Shown here piece by piece: positions 25,948 to 39,531 of a stretch of 64,000 nucleotides of DNA. Within the stretch, counting starts at the first letter, position 1. Each line of letters opens with the position of its first letter. The stretch covers positions 39,179,946 to 39,243,945 of the forward strand of contig NC_068994.1 of NCBI RefSeq assembly GCF_001194135.2, written 5' to 3'. Under the pieces are notes generated by a model, which made no database searches, was not told where the DNA came from, and saw nothing but the letters and a program-made list of their open reading frames with translations. Source of the DNA: Octopus bimaculoides. Lineage: Eukaryota. The position numbers and the translations under genes were made by a program.

Positions 25948-28710
25948 CTGTCCTGAATACTTGAAACAGAGTAAATTCTACAAAAAGTATCCAGAAACCA
26001 AGTATTGGAACTAAACAAGGAGAGGGATTAAGCCTGCTGTTACAGGTTTTTATTGCTTTTCTTTAATGACTCAAGGAAGTTTGTGAGAAAAAGATACGAG
26101 ATAGCAAATATAATGATATTTCTATAGGTTTCCAAGTTGAGAAAGTAGAAGTAGAAGCATTTCATGAATCAGTAGGAGAGGAGAGAGAGAGAGAAGCAGG
26201 CAGACATAGTAAGCAAGAGAGAAAACTATTAAGTCAGGTTGACTGAGAGTGAGGGAGAAAAAGTAAAACAGGGAGAAGCAGTACATGATGTAGTAATGAC
26301 ATAGTATTGTGATTGTTGTTGTTTAACTGCAAGTCAGCTGTGAGTACATAGATCTATGATCATGGGGAGTTCCATTTCTGACCATTCCTTTATTTTGTAT
26401 AAGAGTCTACTTGTCTAGTGTTTAATTCTGTATTTAAAGACAGTAAGATATTGTTGGAAGGAAATCTGGATGTTATTTCTAGTAAGCTGACAGATTATGG
26501 AATGTCTCCTTTGTTGGTTTGTAGCATAGACAAAGTGTATTTGAATGGTGTGAGCAATAATGTGAGAGGAAACCGTAATCAACCAAAAGGGACAGTGTAA
26601 TCAGAGTGACATATAATCAATGTTTAATGGCATGGTTGATATAAAGGGAAAGGTTGGTAAGGGTTACGATGGTAGATGGGTAAATGGTGAACAGGCAGCA
26701 ATTTAATATTACTCTAGCAAGTTAATTGATAAAATTCTTCCTCAATCTAATCAACAAGGGAGTCTCTATGTAATCCCTAACCTGCTAACAATAGCAGCCA
26801 AAAATCTCAAATAACATGAAGCCCTGCATTTAATTTATCTGAGAATAAGATGAATTGGTCATAGTTGGAATACTTTGATCGTAAATCTCCTTGATGAGAG
26901 TGTGAACATGTGACTAAACAAGAAGTCTTCCAAAACGAATTCCATCAGTTTCTAGCCCGTTGTCATATAATATCACTTCTCTGTCTGTTCCCAGTGGTAC
27001 AAATGTCTAGATATTTGCTAGAACTCACTTGAAGTATCTGACTTTCAACTTGGCATTGCAAGCAGTTTTTCATTCAAGAACTGAAGTGGCAGAATTGTTC
27101 AATAGAATGCCACAAAGCATTCATTCCACTTTTCTCAGCTCTAAATTCAAATCCATGCAACGTCAACTTAGCCTTTTGTTCTTTGGTAGTGAGGTGCGTT
27201 GATACAAAAGAACTAGTCCAAGGCAGTGGATTGGTATAATTGTTAAGACCACCAGGCTGAATGCCTTGTGTTTTCTATTCCAGCTCCATACATTTTACTT
27301 TCTAAGTTAAAATTTCACTGCTTTATTGAAAATGATGACACTTCTGTCTCAAGTTGCAACCAAAAAAATATTATAGACTATAAGCAATTTGAAAAAGTAG
27401 TTGAAACATGAAAATAAGATAGCAATATAATGAAGATGGAAAGCTTCTTACAATGTGAAAAGGCAAAAGTTTAACAACCTTTATATATTTCATGCACATA
27501 GGTCCATCATCAGAAATAAACAGTCAAAACAAATGTTAGTCTATATAGTACTTACTGAACAACAATCAACATGGCCAAAACTGTATAGATTAACATTTCT
27601 TGACTTCCCATGATAGGATTTTGTGCTTGAAACATATAATGATTATTACCTTATAAAAAGTTCTCCAACGTCACTGTTTTTGCTATTTTACTTCTTTGTC
27701 ACAAGGCTCCAAACACTTTCCCAAGCATAGTTTCTTTGGTTAGAATGGAAGAATGACTGCTATTATTATTCTAATATTGATTTCAAATTTTGTTCAAGGC
27801 CTGCAATTTTAGAGGAGGGGTAACTCTACTACATCAACTCCAGTGTCCAGTGTATTTATTTAAGCAACTTTGAAAGGATGAAAGGCAAAGTTGACCTCAG
27901 CGGTACTTGAACTTGGAATGTAAAGACAGATGAAATATCACTAAGCATTTTGCCTGGCATGCTTACACTTCTGCCACCTCACCACCCTTCATTATACTAA
28001 TATTCCATGCTAATTACACCAATCTTTCTCAATTCCTCAACATAGCCGATATGGAAAAAAGACCTTTTCTCATATTATGAGTAATTTCACTTCTATCCAC
28101 TGGGCTAACTGCAGGTATCAGTACCAACAAATTTGGCAGTCTCCTTAAGTACCATAGACTCAGGGGCACCATGTCATACATTTGAAATCTTCCATATACT
28201 GAGGAGAAAATGTGAAAATTATTACAGTCTCATAGTTTTATAACAATAGTGTTGCATGCATTTTGTGTGAAAATGTCATTTGATCCAACCTGATGGCCAG
28301 ATGATGAAGACAGCATGGCAGCCATTTCTGTGTTGTGAAATTTTTTTCTTTATGATATATCTTGAATTCAACTGTATGTTTACTTGGTTCTTCTGTTGAT
28401 TAAGGTAAAAATAACTAAAGAGCTATGTGTGAGACCATCAATTACTTTGATGGACACTTAACTGTGAGATCACATCAATGGCCTCTGAAAAAGACCCTTT
28501 GTTTAGGATAATAAATACAGTCTGTTCGACAAAAACAGTTTCATCTAATTGATAATATAGCAAAAATAAAACAAAAATACTTTATTCCTGCAATTTCAGT
28601 TTTTCCTCTTTGTCAAAAAGTTGTTAAGAAGAAATATACATGTAAGGGCACAAGGAACATTAGGACTGACTCGGCTTGTAAAATATAAACAAATAAATAT
28701 AAATAAATAA

Positions 28711-28751
<41 letters not shown>

Positions 28752-29393
28752 TTTGAAATAAAATGACATAATCTATCAAGTTACTTGTACATTTTGAACA
28801 TATTTTAAGCTAATGACTTTTGTCAAACACTAACAATAGAATTTCTCTGCACATCATTACTTTACAATATTTATTTATATATTTACTTGAAACGTATACA
28901 TCAAAGAGGAGACAAAACTCAGCTTATCATACAGGATCAGTAGACTTGAAGATTAAAGTGCAGCTGCAATATTAATCAATTTACTCTTAATGTAGTTGTT
29001 TGTATTAAGCAATGGTTATCTACTGCTTTAGTTAGATGACTTCTGTCACTTTCAATAGCTTGAACTGTATACAGCAAATTAAACTAAATGCAGCTGGGCT
29101 TGCATTGTTCCAATAGTATTTCTAGCAGGGAAGTATATATTATTCTCTGACACTCACTGCTCTGCACACCCGTATATTTTTAACTATATCAAGTCTACTC
29201 ATCATTATTTGTATTATTTGCATAAACATACCTTCCCTAAAGTGGCGACGTCTATTGTAGCTACTTCCCAACCATATGGTTCCAGGTTTAGCCCTACTAT
29301 ATGGCACCTTGAGTAAGTGTTTTCTACTATAGTTTCAGGCTGACCAAAGCCTTGTAGGTGGATTCTGATAGACAGAAACTGAAAGAAGCCTGT

Positions 29394-29453
<60 letters not shown>

Positions 29454-30191
29454 ACTATTAAGGACAAAATCCAAAATTACAGGTAAAAACTCAATTAAAA
29501 TCAATTTATAAAAAATTAAAATTAAATTGATCTTTACAGAGTAAGATATATATAAATTTATAGTTTTAGTGGATTTTCATCGATGAGTTCATGAACCTTG
29601 GTTCTTTTCCCTAAAACTATATATTTATAAGCCAGCTGGAGGAGATGTCCTCCTGGGGCTAAAAGCAACAGTAACATCCACCCCTCGGGGTCAGCCACAT
29701 TTAAGTGGCAAATATACTTCACTATATATTTATATATATATTTATATATGTATGTATGTATGTATGCATGTGTCTGTATTTGTCCCCCTGCCATCACTTG
29801 ACAATTGATGCTGGTGTGTTTATGTCCCCATAACCTAGTGGTTCAGCAAAAGAGACTGATAGAATAAATATTAGGCTTACAAAGAGTAAATCCTGGGGTT
29901 GATTTGCTTGACTAAAACCTTTTAAGGTGATGCTCCAGCATGGTCGTAGTCAAATGACCAAAACAAATAAAAGAATGAAAGAATAATAATAATAATCCTT
30001 TCTACTATGGGTACAAGGCCTGAAATTTGGGGCAGCAGTATAGTCGATTATATCGACCCCAATACCCAACTGGTACTTATTTTATTGACACTGAAAGGAT
30101 AAGGGCAAAGTCGACTTCAATGGACAAAATACCACTAAGCATTTTGCCTGGCATGCTAACGATTCTGCCAGCTTGCAGCCTTAATAGTAAT

Positions 30192-30192
30192 A

Positions 30193-30226
<34 letters not shown>

Positions 30227-30292
30227 CGATGACGATGACGATGATGATGATGATGACGATGACGATGATGATGATGATGATGATGATCATGA
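30192..30292. repeat. (GAT/GAC)n triplet microsatellite
   Basis: Direct reading. Confidence 0.95.
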
Positions 30293-30606
30293 TCATACAA
30301 ACAAGAACAATAATAATAATGGTTTCTAAGCATAAACTTAGAAATTTAGGTTGGGTGTGAGTTTGTCAATAACATCAACCCTAGTACTCAACTGGTATTT
30401 TCTTTTATTAACCCTAGAGAGATGAAAGGTAAAGTTGACCTCAGTTGGGTTTGAACTCCAGACATAAAGAATCAGAACAAAACAAATACTGCAAAGAATT
30501 TTTTGCTCTGATATACTAGCAATTCTGCCAATTCAACCACCTTTACTGCTGCTACTACTACTACCCCCCATCCCCACCATCATTCGTGCTGCTGTTGCTG
30601 CAGCTG

Positions 30607-30664
<58 letters not shown>

Positions 30665-32289
30665 CACCAGCACCACCACTACTACAGTATGATGATGATG
30701 ATGATGATGATGATAACTACTCCCCAGACTGTCAATTACAAATCCCTTCTATCATGTGACACTAGTAGATGAGATCATCGAATTATAGGTGTTTGCTGGA
30801 GGATTAATGGAGCCTCACTCCAATTTTGACATTTTATTTTATTTTTCAGTTTTTTTTTTTTCTCATTAAAATGCTTTTCTTTGAAGATCAATATTTTTTT
30901 AGTGTCTTTTTGTTTTTCCTTTCTATTTTTATTTTTTTACATTAGAAATATTCTTGAAGACAGCTTGAACTAAAAGACATAGCAGTTTTGATTGTTTGAT
31001 TAATTTCAACACCTTTATGTTTATGTGCAACTGTTTGTCAACATCTTGTCGTTAATTATTTTGTCTACTCTCTTAATTAATTTTATTCACTATTGAAATA
31101 CTTCTTGCATCAAAGAACCTATAATTTTAAAACTTGAATTTTCTAATGTAATATCAGTGATAATCAAATTGTGCATGTGTATGTGCATGTGCATAAATAT
31201 ACATACATTCATGTGTGTGTGTGTGTGTGTGTGTGTGTATTTTGTTTATGCTTAGAAGAGATGCATGTTATCAGAGTTTCTAGCTTGATCAAATTGATCA
31301 AGCTGCTCCAAATGCTAATTATAGTATCTGTGAGAATGAATTTAAGACTAGCAAACAAGTATGAGACATAGAGTCGTATAAGGTATAACAATGAAATCAA
31401 ATCAAGTAATGATATTTTTAATGCAATTAATATGTACATTTCAGATAATTATGCAATAGATAAAAAGGGGCACCTCTTATGTAAAATCTTCCTCAGTTAA
31501 AACGTATCAAAATATGAACAAATTGATGGAATTAATTCTTTATGTATGGTCAAGCAGTGTAGGTCATCAACTAGATGAGGAGATGTGTAAAGATAGAATA
31601 CCTACAAAAATTAGCATTGTTTGGAACTGCCAGAATTTGCAGCATGGTTCTTGAAGCATGACCAGTAAACAAGTGTCATCTGAGTCTGTTGGCTGTGGAC
31701 AGCTGACACTTTTCATCATACCCAGCAAAATAAGCTGAGAGTTTTTATGATACAATAATAATAGTAATGAAAGAATAAATAGCTAAAATAATGATGATGA
31801 TGATATTTTATTTTTGACTACAGAATACTAAGAGTGTCTGTCTCAATTACGGTGAAATTCGGTGTTGTGAATTGGTTGAACCCTTTCTGATTCAGACAAA
31901 ATGCCGTGCAGTATTTATGGGTTTATTATATTTTGAGTTCAGTTTGAGCTCACCTCCATACTTCATCGCTTCTCTAAAGTTGATAGAATAAAGAAGCATT
32001 GAAGTCCTTTGGTTACTCAAAATATGCACCAATTTTAGAATTCAATGAATAAAGTTATTAAAATGATTGGATAGAAAGAGAAAGAAAGAATTTGGAGAAA
32101 TAGAGAAGTGTCTAGAATATTTTAGAGATATCTCAAGGAATGTAGTTTAGAAAACAGAAAAAGCACAGGGAAAAAGACTTTCACATTCACAGTGTCTCAA
32201 ATATCAAGCCATAACTTCAAAGTCTTAAATTTCAATAATTTGACAGCCTTTCATATCTTTTTCCATCTATCTATTTTGTATGTATCTGT

Positions 32290-32438
32290 CTGTCTATCTG
32301 TCTGTCTATCTGTCTGTCTGTCTGTTTGTCAGATGATAAACAGATGAATAGATAGACAGATAGACTGACAGACAGACGGATAGATAAATAGATAGATAGA
32401 TAGATAGATAGACAGATAGATAGATAGATAGACAGATG

Positions 32439-32474
<36 letters not shown>

Positions 32475-32525
32475 TGCAGGTAGGCAAACAGATAGATAGA
32501 TATGCAGGTAAGCAGACAGATAGAT
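32290..32525. repeat. (AGAT)/(AGAC)n tetranucleotide microsatellite
   Basis: Direct reading. Confidence 0.95.
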
Positions 32526-33637
32526 ATTAATCTGATTGTCTGTCTCTTTTTCTTTCTCACCTCTTTCTTTGTCTCTTGCCCCACATCTTTCTATAATGAT
32601 AAAAAAAAACCTGTGGTTTTGGAGTCGAGATCACTCCTGAAAAGCCTCTATAGTTCTCATAGACCCAACATAATGGTCAATCTAAATAAGAGTATTAGAA
32701 TTTTACATGAAACTTATTTAGCACTGGATTTCTACTGCTGAAGATTAATATAAAAAGAATAAATGCAACAGAAAGAAAATAGTTCTATACATTTATCTCC
32801 TGAAAGACAGGATGTAATAATTTATTAAAATGTGTTTTTTTTTTACAAACTATCTCCTATGCTTTGATACTTATTAGAATCATTACAAAATAGTGATTAA
32901 AAAAAAAAAAATCTTGTCTGTATGTATTGATGTAGTTTAAAATTTATTCTGTAAGAAGCTGATAATACTTGGAACATTAATAGAATCTTAGACGAAATTT
33001 TGATGGTTTAAAGAATAGGTGAACTGAATCTGGTGTGGTAATAACATACACATACACTCAGACAGACAAACAGACACACACACAAACATATCTATATACA
33101 TATTTATGTATCTTTTATTTTTTTATCCTTTACTTGCTTCAGTCATTAGACTGCAGCCATACAGGGGTACTGTCTTGAAAAATCTTAGTTGAACAAATTG
33201 ACCCCAGCACTTAGTTTTTAAGTATCATACTTATTCTATCAGTTTCTTTTGCAGAACTGCTAAGTGTCAGAGATGTAAACAAACCAACACTGGTTACCAA
33301 ATGGTGGGGATACAAGCAAATAGATACACACAAACACGATTGGCTTCCACACAGTTTCCATCTGTTTGTCTGTCTGTCTGTCTCTCTCTCTTCTATATGT
33401 ATGTGTGTGTACACCCACACACATATATATAACAATGGATAGGTGTCAATTCATTACAGCTGTTTCTAAAGAATTTTAAAATTGATTAATGACTATATTT
33501 TATCATAGTAAAAACTATTTTCCTCAGATGAGTACATGAACTTCACAGTTAAGGACATTTTAAAAAGATTTAAAATCCTTGGCATGTGCATATTTAGTGA
33601 TTCTATAATCAACGCTTACCAATTCACCTGAATCTTA

Positions 33638-33716
<79 letters not shown>
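33638..33716. repeat. Long pure (TG)n. Others: (CA)n 1972-2008, 35944-36000, 57832-57984; (TG)n 50212-50284; (CT)n 20097-20148, 54026-54072; (TA)n 3613-3658, 57048-57090
   Basis: Direct reading. Confidence 0.95.
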
Positions 33717-33718
<2 letters not shown>

Positions 33719-34319
33719 CAAGTCGTTTCTTAAATCATTTGAGAAATCTATTCTTTTGCTTCTGTTTACATCTTTCTGACTTACTTTCCAAATTCCACAA
33801 GAGACATTTCTATGTTTCTCATTCTGAAAATACTGCTATCACTACAGCTGCTACCAGAATTAATCTGATTGCTTTATGCAGCTACTCCTAAACATTTTTT
33901 TTTCAAGGAACATAATATGACTTTAAAAACTCATGTACTCCACCTAGTGTCTATATTTTATGGGCAACTGACATTATAATAATTTTAACAATGATTAAAT
34001 TTAGAGTATATTTATATGTACATGTGTGTATGTGTGGATTTTTGTATCTGTGTTTGTCCCCCATCACTGCTTGACAACTAGTGTTGGTTTATTTACATCT
34101 CTGTAACTTAGTGATTTGGTAAAAGAGACTGATAGTATAAGTACCACCAGACATTAAAAAATAAGTATTTGGGTTGATTTTTTTTTTCAACTAAATTCTT
34201 CAAGGAGGTGGCCCAGCATTGTACAGTCCAAAGACTGAAACAAGGAAAACATATATAAGATCATGCAGAATCCCTGAATGTTTTCATGCAAGCCTGAAAC
34301 CCATTTTGAGAAGCATTGA

Positions 34320-35032
34320 CCTTAAAGTAGGTCTGAAGCCCACAGGTTCGAGAAGCTGGAACTTATCCAGATTTTCAAGGCATTTTTGACAAAAGCAAAA
34401 CCAAACCTGTCCTTGAATGGAATGCCAGTCTCTCGTAGGGTTAACCCCATTAGGTGCGACTGGGATTCATTTTTAGCCAAGTATACTGGAGCAACATGAA
34501 ATGAAGTGTCTTGTTCTAGGATTGGCCCTGGATTAAGCAAAATAAGTACATACTTAGAGTATCAAGTGAAGAAGGGCACCACAGAAATGGTAAAAAGTTT
34601 ATGGCACAAAAGAAATCACTTTAAACTTGCCTAAAATATTATTCAAAGTAGTTTATATGATTAGAAATTTAATTTAAATGTGTTTATGGTGTCATAGTAA
34701 TGATCTGATCAAAAACTTTGCAATTACAAAAAAGTAGGAGAAATCTTTTCAAATATATATAAAGTGAAAATATACAAGCATAAACATTATTTTCCATCTT
34801 GCTGTTAGTTTTGTTTCGTTTTGAAAAATAAAAAATTATTTTATGGTTTATTATTGTTTATATCTTGAATTAAATATATATGGGGGCACCAAAATTTTTT
34901 AAGCGCTTAAGGCCTCTATGGGTCTTAATCCAACCCTGTCCAAGATCCAATGCATCACTCAGTCTGAGAATCAAACATACAACCTAATGATCATGCACCC
35001 ATCATTCTATTCACTGAGTCATGTATCTTCAC
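34320..35032 (-). mobile_element. Old SINE (D-like head, V/CORE-like body) interrupted by a MITE
   Basis: The head lies at 34939-35032 and the body (caagacacttcatttcatgttgctccag..accctacgagagactggcattcc) at 34320-34522. Confidence 0.6.
34523..34938. mobile_element. hAT-like MITE
   Basis: Imperfect 15-bp TIRs tggccctggattaag / cttaatccaaccctg, and an 8-bp TSD tctaggat / tccaagat (6/8 match). Confidence 0.55.
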
Positions 35033-35938
35033 ACAATATTGATTAAAAAAAAAAAATAACAATAATATCAGCAAAGTTCTCAGACTTGTATTTTATTGGC
35101 TTGTCTACTGCTAGCTGTGAAGCAGACAGCCTAGTTGTTAGGGTGTTTGGTTAATGGTCGTAATGTCATTGTTTCAATTCCTGGACCAAGTGCTGCATTG
35201 TAAGGTACTTCATTTCAAGTTGTTTTTGTCTACTCAGTTGAACATGAACACCAGCTAGATGCAGTTCTCTGTCTTTTTAGTTATCATATCCTGGTTGTCC
35301 CATTAGATCAAGAACATCAGACAAAAAGAAAAAAGAATTACAGAGAAATATTTAAGCATTTAAGCTACACCATGCTGTAAAATTTCTCTGTTTATCATAA
35401 AATGTTGGTGGAATGAGTAATATTTGAAAAAGTGACTAATTTTAAATGATTTACTAAGAATGTTTTATAACTTTTGGCACAAAGCCAGCAATTTTAGAAG
35501 AAAGGGGGAGTTGATTACACTGTCCCCCTGTAGTCCAATGATACTTATTTCATCAACCTTGAAGGGATGAATGCCAAAGTCAACCTCAGCAACATTTGAA
35601 CTCAACATAAAGCCAGAAGAAATGTTACTATGCATTTTGTCCAATGTGATAATGATTCTACCAGCTTTCTGTCTTACGATTTACTTATAAGGCACATATT
35701 TTACTGGAAAAGGAGTTGAGAATGAAAGCTATCAAATTGATGCATGCAGTCTACTTTTTATGTTTCAGTCATTAGATGGTAGCCATGCTGGGCCTTGAAA
35801 GGTTTAAGTCAAACGGATCAACTCTAGTTATTGTGTTTTTATGTCTGGTACTTATTCTATCAAAACCTACTGTTAATCCACTAAGTTTCAGGTATGTAAG
35901 CAAATCAAACGTGGTTATGAAATGGCAGGGGACGTGGA

Positions 35939-36001
<63 letters not shown>

Positions 36002-36899
36002 GAATGACACAAGTGGAGTTTTAAAATTTACAACAGCTGTTTCAGCAGCGGTTTTTATCGATAAATACTTCTGTGTTCTTTTTTATAAATGCCATTCCTG
36101 GAACAATCTCAAGGTTGGATCTATAACTTAGATAGAATAGGATACCAACATGTGTGTGTGTGTGCGTGTTCTCATACATGGTGAGCCCACTACCAAACTG
36201 TTCCTGGTGTCCTGCATGTTGAAATACCTGGATTCTAGCGCATGCTTTTTCCTAGCTCAGTTCCAGAGAACTGGCATTCTGGGAGAGAAAGGACCGTGCC
36301 GAATATTTAGTGCAGGGATAGAGGAGTTTCACATATGATAGTAAAGATGGAGAAAGGTAACAGCACACCTGTAGAACAGAAGCTGAAGTGTATCTGCTAG
36401 TGATAGAATACCAATTACCATTTTTGATGGAATATAAGATGCACTTTCTCCACCTTCCAAAAATGTCCTGAGAAACCACCTTGAGTCCTATATGTGAAAT
36501 TGAGCCTATACTATAGGCTTTAATGGAATGAAACATTTTCCCTCAATATGCAAGGCTGAAATTGGAGTGTCTCTCATATGTCTGTGTGTCTTTTAGAAGG
36601 CGTCATCAAATACAGTTTCTGAGTGGCCATTCTGTGAATGCAGACCAGTATGTATTTGTGCATAGCAGCAGCACCACTCTAGTTGTCTGAGTAGTACTTC
36701 ATTGAGGGCCTTACTTGAGCCTTGTGGTGTGTCAGCAGCTATCAGAGGCTGGAATACTTTTTGGCCTTGGAGTAAAGTGTTAGTCTTTGGGATGCAGTCC
36801 TTGCTATGCCAAGGATGGGCTTTTGCCGGGAAAGATAAAAGTGAAAAACAATTCTGGTAGAAGTAGTAAGGAAAAATCTTTGGATAGTAAACCTCACCA

Positions 36900-38882
36900 A
36901 AGAAATATCATAAACCGAGATAAAGTGAAAAACATGTTAAACTTCAGAATCGAGGAAAATTTTGAAAAAGAATGTTTTTACTGGAATGGACAGATATGAT
37001 ATATCGTATTTGATGGCGTTTTATAAAACGCATTTTTTATTTAAAAAAATATTTCCAGATAAATCATGCCAGGCCCTATCTGTTAAGTCTGGTCTATATT
37101 ATTTGAATATACGTTACTGAAATTTGGGTACGTCAAATATACCTGTTCGTCTTTTATGTGATCAAATACAATAGTACGTAATACACCTTGCAAGTCTAAG
37201 GGAGATAATTCAACAAACTTTAGCTACATAAGTTTTAATGGCTATGATTTTTTTAAAATAATAATTAAATGAATAAACTAATTTTGAATAGTTATTAATA
37301 TTGAATATTTTCTTAATTTCTTCTCCATTTTTCCATATCAATAAAAGAAAGTGACAGCCGAAGAAATTCAAACTTTGAGAAAACTCAAAATTAAAAAAAA
37401 AAAAAAGACTTAGGTGAATTGAATTTCTACAGAATTTGAGAAAAGATGATGTGTGTTTATAAATTAAAATTAATATGATTGATTAGAACAGATAGATCAA
37501 AAGTATAATCAAAGTCATGCGCCAGCCACGGCAATCATACCTATTTTCAAACACTTGTATCAAGCACTAAGTTATCTACCACGTCCTTTCTTTATTTTTA
37601 AATTATTAAGTCATCATTTGAATGAATTTCAGCAGCTATTTCTAGCAGTCCCGTTGACCAGCATAAGGGGTCTTTCATTAATTCAGAATGAAGATTGAAA
37701 CGAATTTGGTCACTATTTCTAGACTGACACTCGTTAGTCTAGAAATGTTCCATCATTGGCTTAAGCATTTATGGTTGTATTTCACTCAGATGTTTGATGA
37801 AGAAAAATCTAACAGGAAATTGTGTTAATAAAACATTTAAAACAAAGTAATAGAAATATAATATATATATTACAATTTAAATATTTTATTAAATTATTGA
37901 GATAAAATTAGTCAATTATTTCAATTGGATATAACATAAAAATGAATAAGACCTATTGAGTTTAAAAGTATAGGTGTAACAGATGCGTCCTGTGGCCCTC
38001 ACGCCTTTCTCTGGAAATATGGATGAATTACCTACAGGGAATCTGTACATTTAAATTACTAAAAGCTGATCACTTTAAGATTAATTCTCGTTACAAACTA
38101 TTTTATAAACAAAATTGTTTAAAAGTACTAATTTAAAACTGAACTGTGGAGGCGCAATTGGCCCAGTGGTTAGGGCAGTGGACTCGCGGTCATAGGATCG
38201 CAGTTTCGATTCCCAGACCGGGCGTTGTGAGTGTTTATTGAGCGAAAACGCCTAAAGCTCCATAAGGCTCCAGCAGGGGGTGGTGGTGAACCCTGCTGTA
38301 CTCTTTCACCACAACTTTCTCTCACTCTTACTCCCTGTTTCTGTTGTGCCTGTAATTCAAAGGGTCAGCCTTGTCACACTGTGTCAGGCTGAATATCCTC
38401 GAGAACTACGTTAAGGGTACACGTGTCTGTGGAGTGCTCAGCCACTTGCACGTTAATTTCACGAGCAGGCTGTTCCGTTGTTCGGATCAGCTGGAACCCT
38501 CGACGTCGTAAGCGACGGAGTGCCAACAATACTGTACTATAAATTTGAAGGGTAAGGGAGGTAATTGCAGGAATACTTATTTCCCTTGGTTTATGCGACC
38601 AAAAATGCCAGCTTATTTATTTGTTTGGTTATCGATAGAGACATGAAATTGATAACTATCATTATGCATTCAGTTTCACTAAGATAAAGAGTAGATGCTT
38701 CACAACAAATACATTCATTCACGAAACGGTCATTGTGAGAGTACAGTGTACATTGCGACATATTTATGGAACCATTTCTCTATGGAAATATTTCTATCAA
38801 GAAAAAATTATCCTGAAGCCTTAGGTGTGTTCCTTCATCTCAAACTGGAATCTCGCAGTCTGAAATCCATTTTCTGGTAAGT
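36900..38882. promoter_or_regulatory. CpG-retaining, largely unique region; candidate promoter/enhancer with a plus-strand donor CTG|GTAAGT at 38876/38877
   Basis: About 9 CpG in 36900-37200 and about 6 in 38560-38880, versus about 3 per 900 bp at 22500-23400. Consensus 5' splice site at 38877-38882. Confidence 0.35.
38146..38530 (+). mobile_element. tRNA-derived SINE family D, well-preserved copy
   Basis: A box tggcccagtgg and B box gtttcgattcc, followed by a ~300-bp CpG-rich body. No cloverleaf/CCA, so not a tRNA gene. Confidence 0.8.
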
Positions 38883-38967
38883 GGAAACAAACATATCTTT
38901 GTGAAGTTAGTATTTCTTAAAACAGACAAAACAAAAAGCCCTGAGGACAGTTTACAAATGAACATTA

Positions 38968-39531
38968 CCATGTAATAATCATAATAATTAGATTATTGTT
39001 TTTGGTGCTCAGATGCAGTATAACTTGTTGGAAAAGGTAGCCAAAAATGCATATACAGTACATAGAATGATACATAGAAAGTGAACAGTGAATGAGTCAT
39101 TAAAAAAAAAAAAACTGTGGGTCATCAGTCATATTGTTGGAAGTTTAGTATGATGTAGCATTCTGACAGCTAACAATTGATACAGATAGTCTATTCCATG
39201 CATCTGTAAGTGCGAGCATGAAAAAATGCATCCGGGAGTTATGGGAACTGTGTTTTCTGATTTTGTAAACATATCCAATGGGTGTTAGAGATATTGAATT
39301 TAAAAAAGTGCACAAGGTTGTTGTAGAAAAGATGGTGAATACTTTTGTGGGTGTCTACCAAGTCAGTTACTAGATGTGTACAGAGTTACCTGATAAAATG
39401 AGCATCTTCTTCAGAATTAAAAAGAACAATATTTCTGTTGTTTTGTGCAAGGGGCTGAGTTTGATGGTGAGTGAAGAAATTTATTTGTTTATGATTTCAT
39501 GTGTAATCGTAGTTGTGAGGTTAATAAGCTA
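38968..39531 (-). mobile_element. 5'-truncated CR1-like LINE 3' end with a 27-bp target-site duplication
   Basis: Minus remnants SNTH.., HFFMLALTDAWNRLSVSIVSCQNATSY and an (ATT)-like tail. Perfect direct repeat ctgaggacagtttacaaatgaacatta at 38941-38967 and 39532-39558. Confidence 0.7.

Noticed and set aside
27555-27630. Hydrophobic mini-ORF MGSQEMLIYTVLAMLIVV ending at a GTAAGT donor (minus strand)
   Set aside because: Phase 2 with no downstream partner exon, and AT-rich DNA readily gives hydrophobic runs.
30027-30329. Poly-Asp ORF (and the poly-T/N/S ORFs at 43287-43550)
   Set aside because: Triplet microsatellites joined to SINE or LINE sequence.
36415-36500. Possible pogo/Tigger-like terminal sequence (taccatttttgatggaatataagatgcac..)
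   Set aside because: Too degenerate; no second end or transposase found.
38146-38225. tRNA-like sequence
   Set aside because: SINE head: no acceptor stem or terminator, and it continues into a repeat body.
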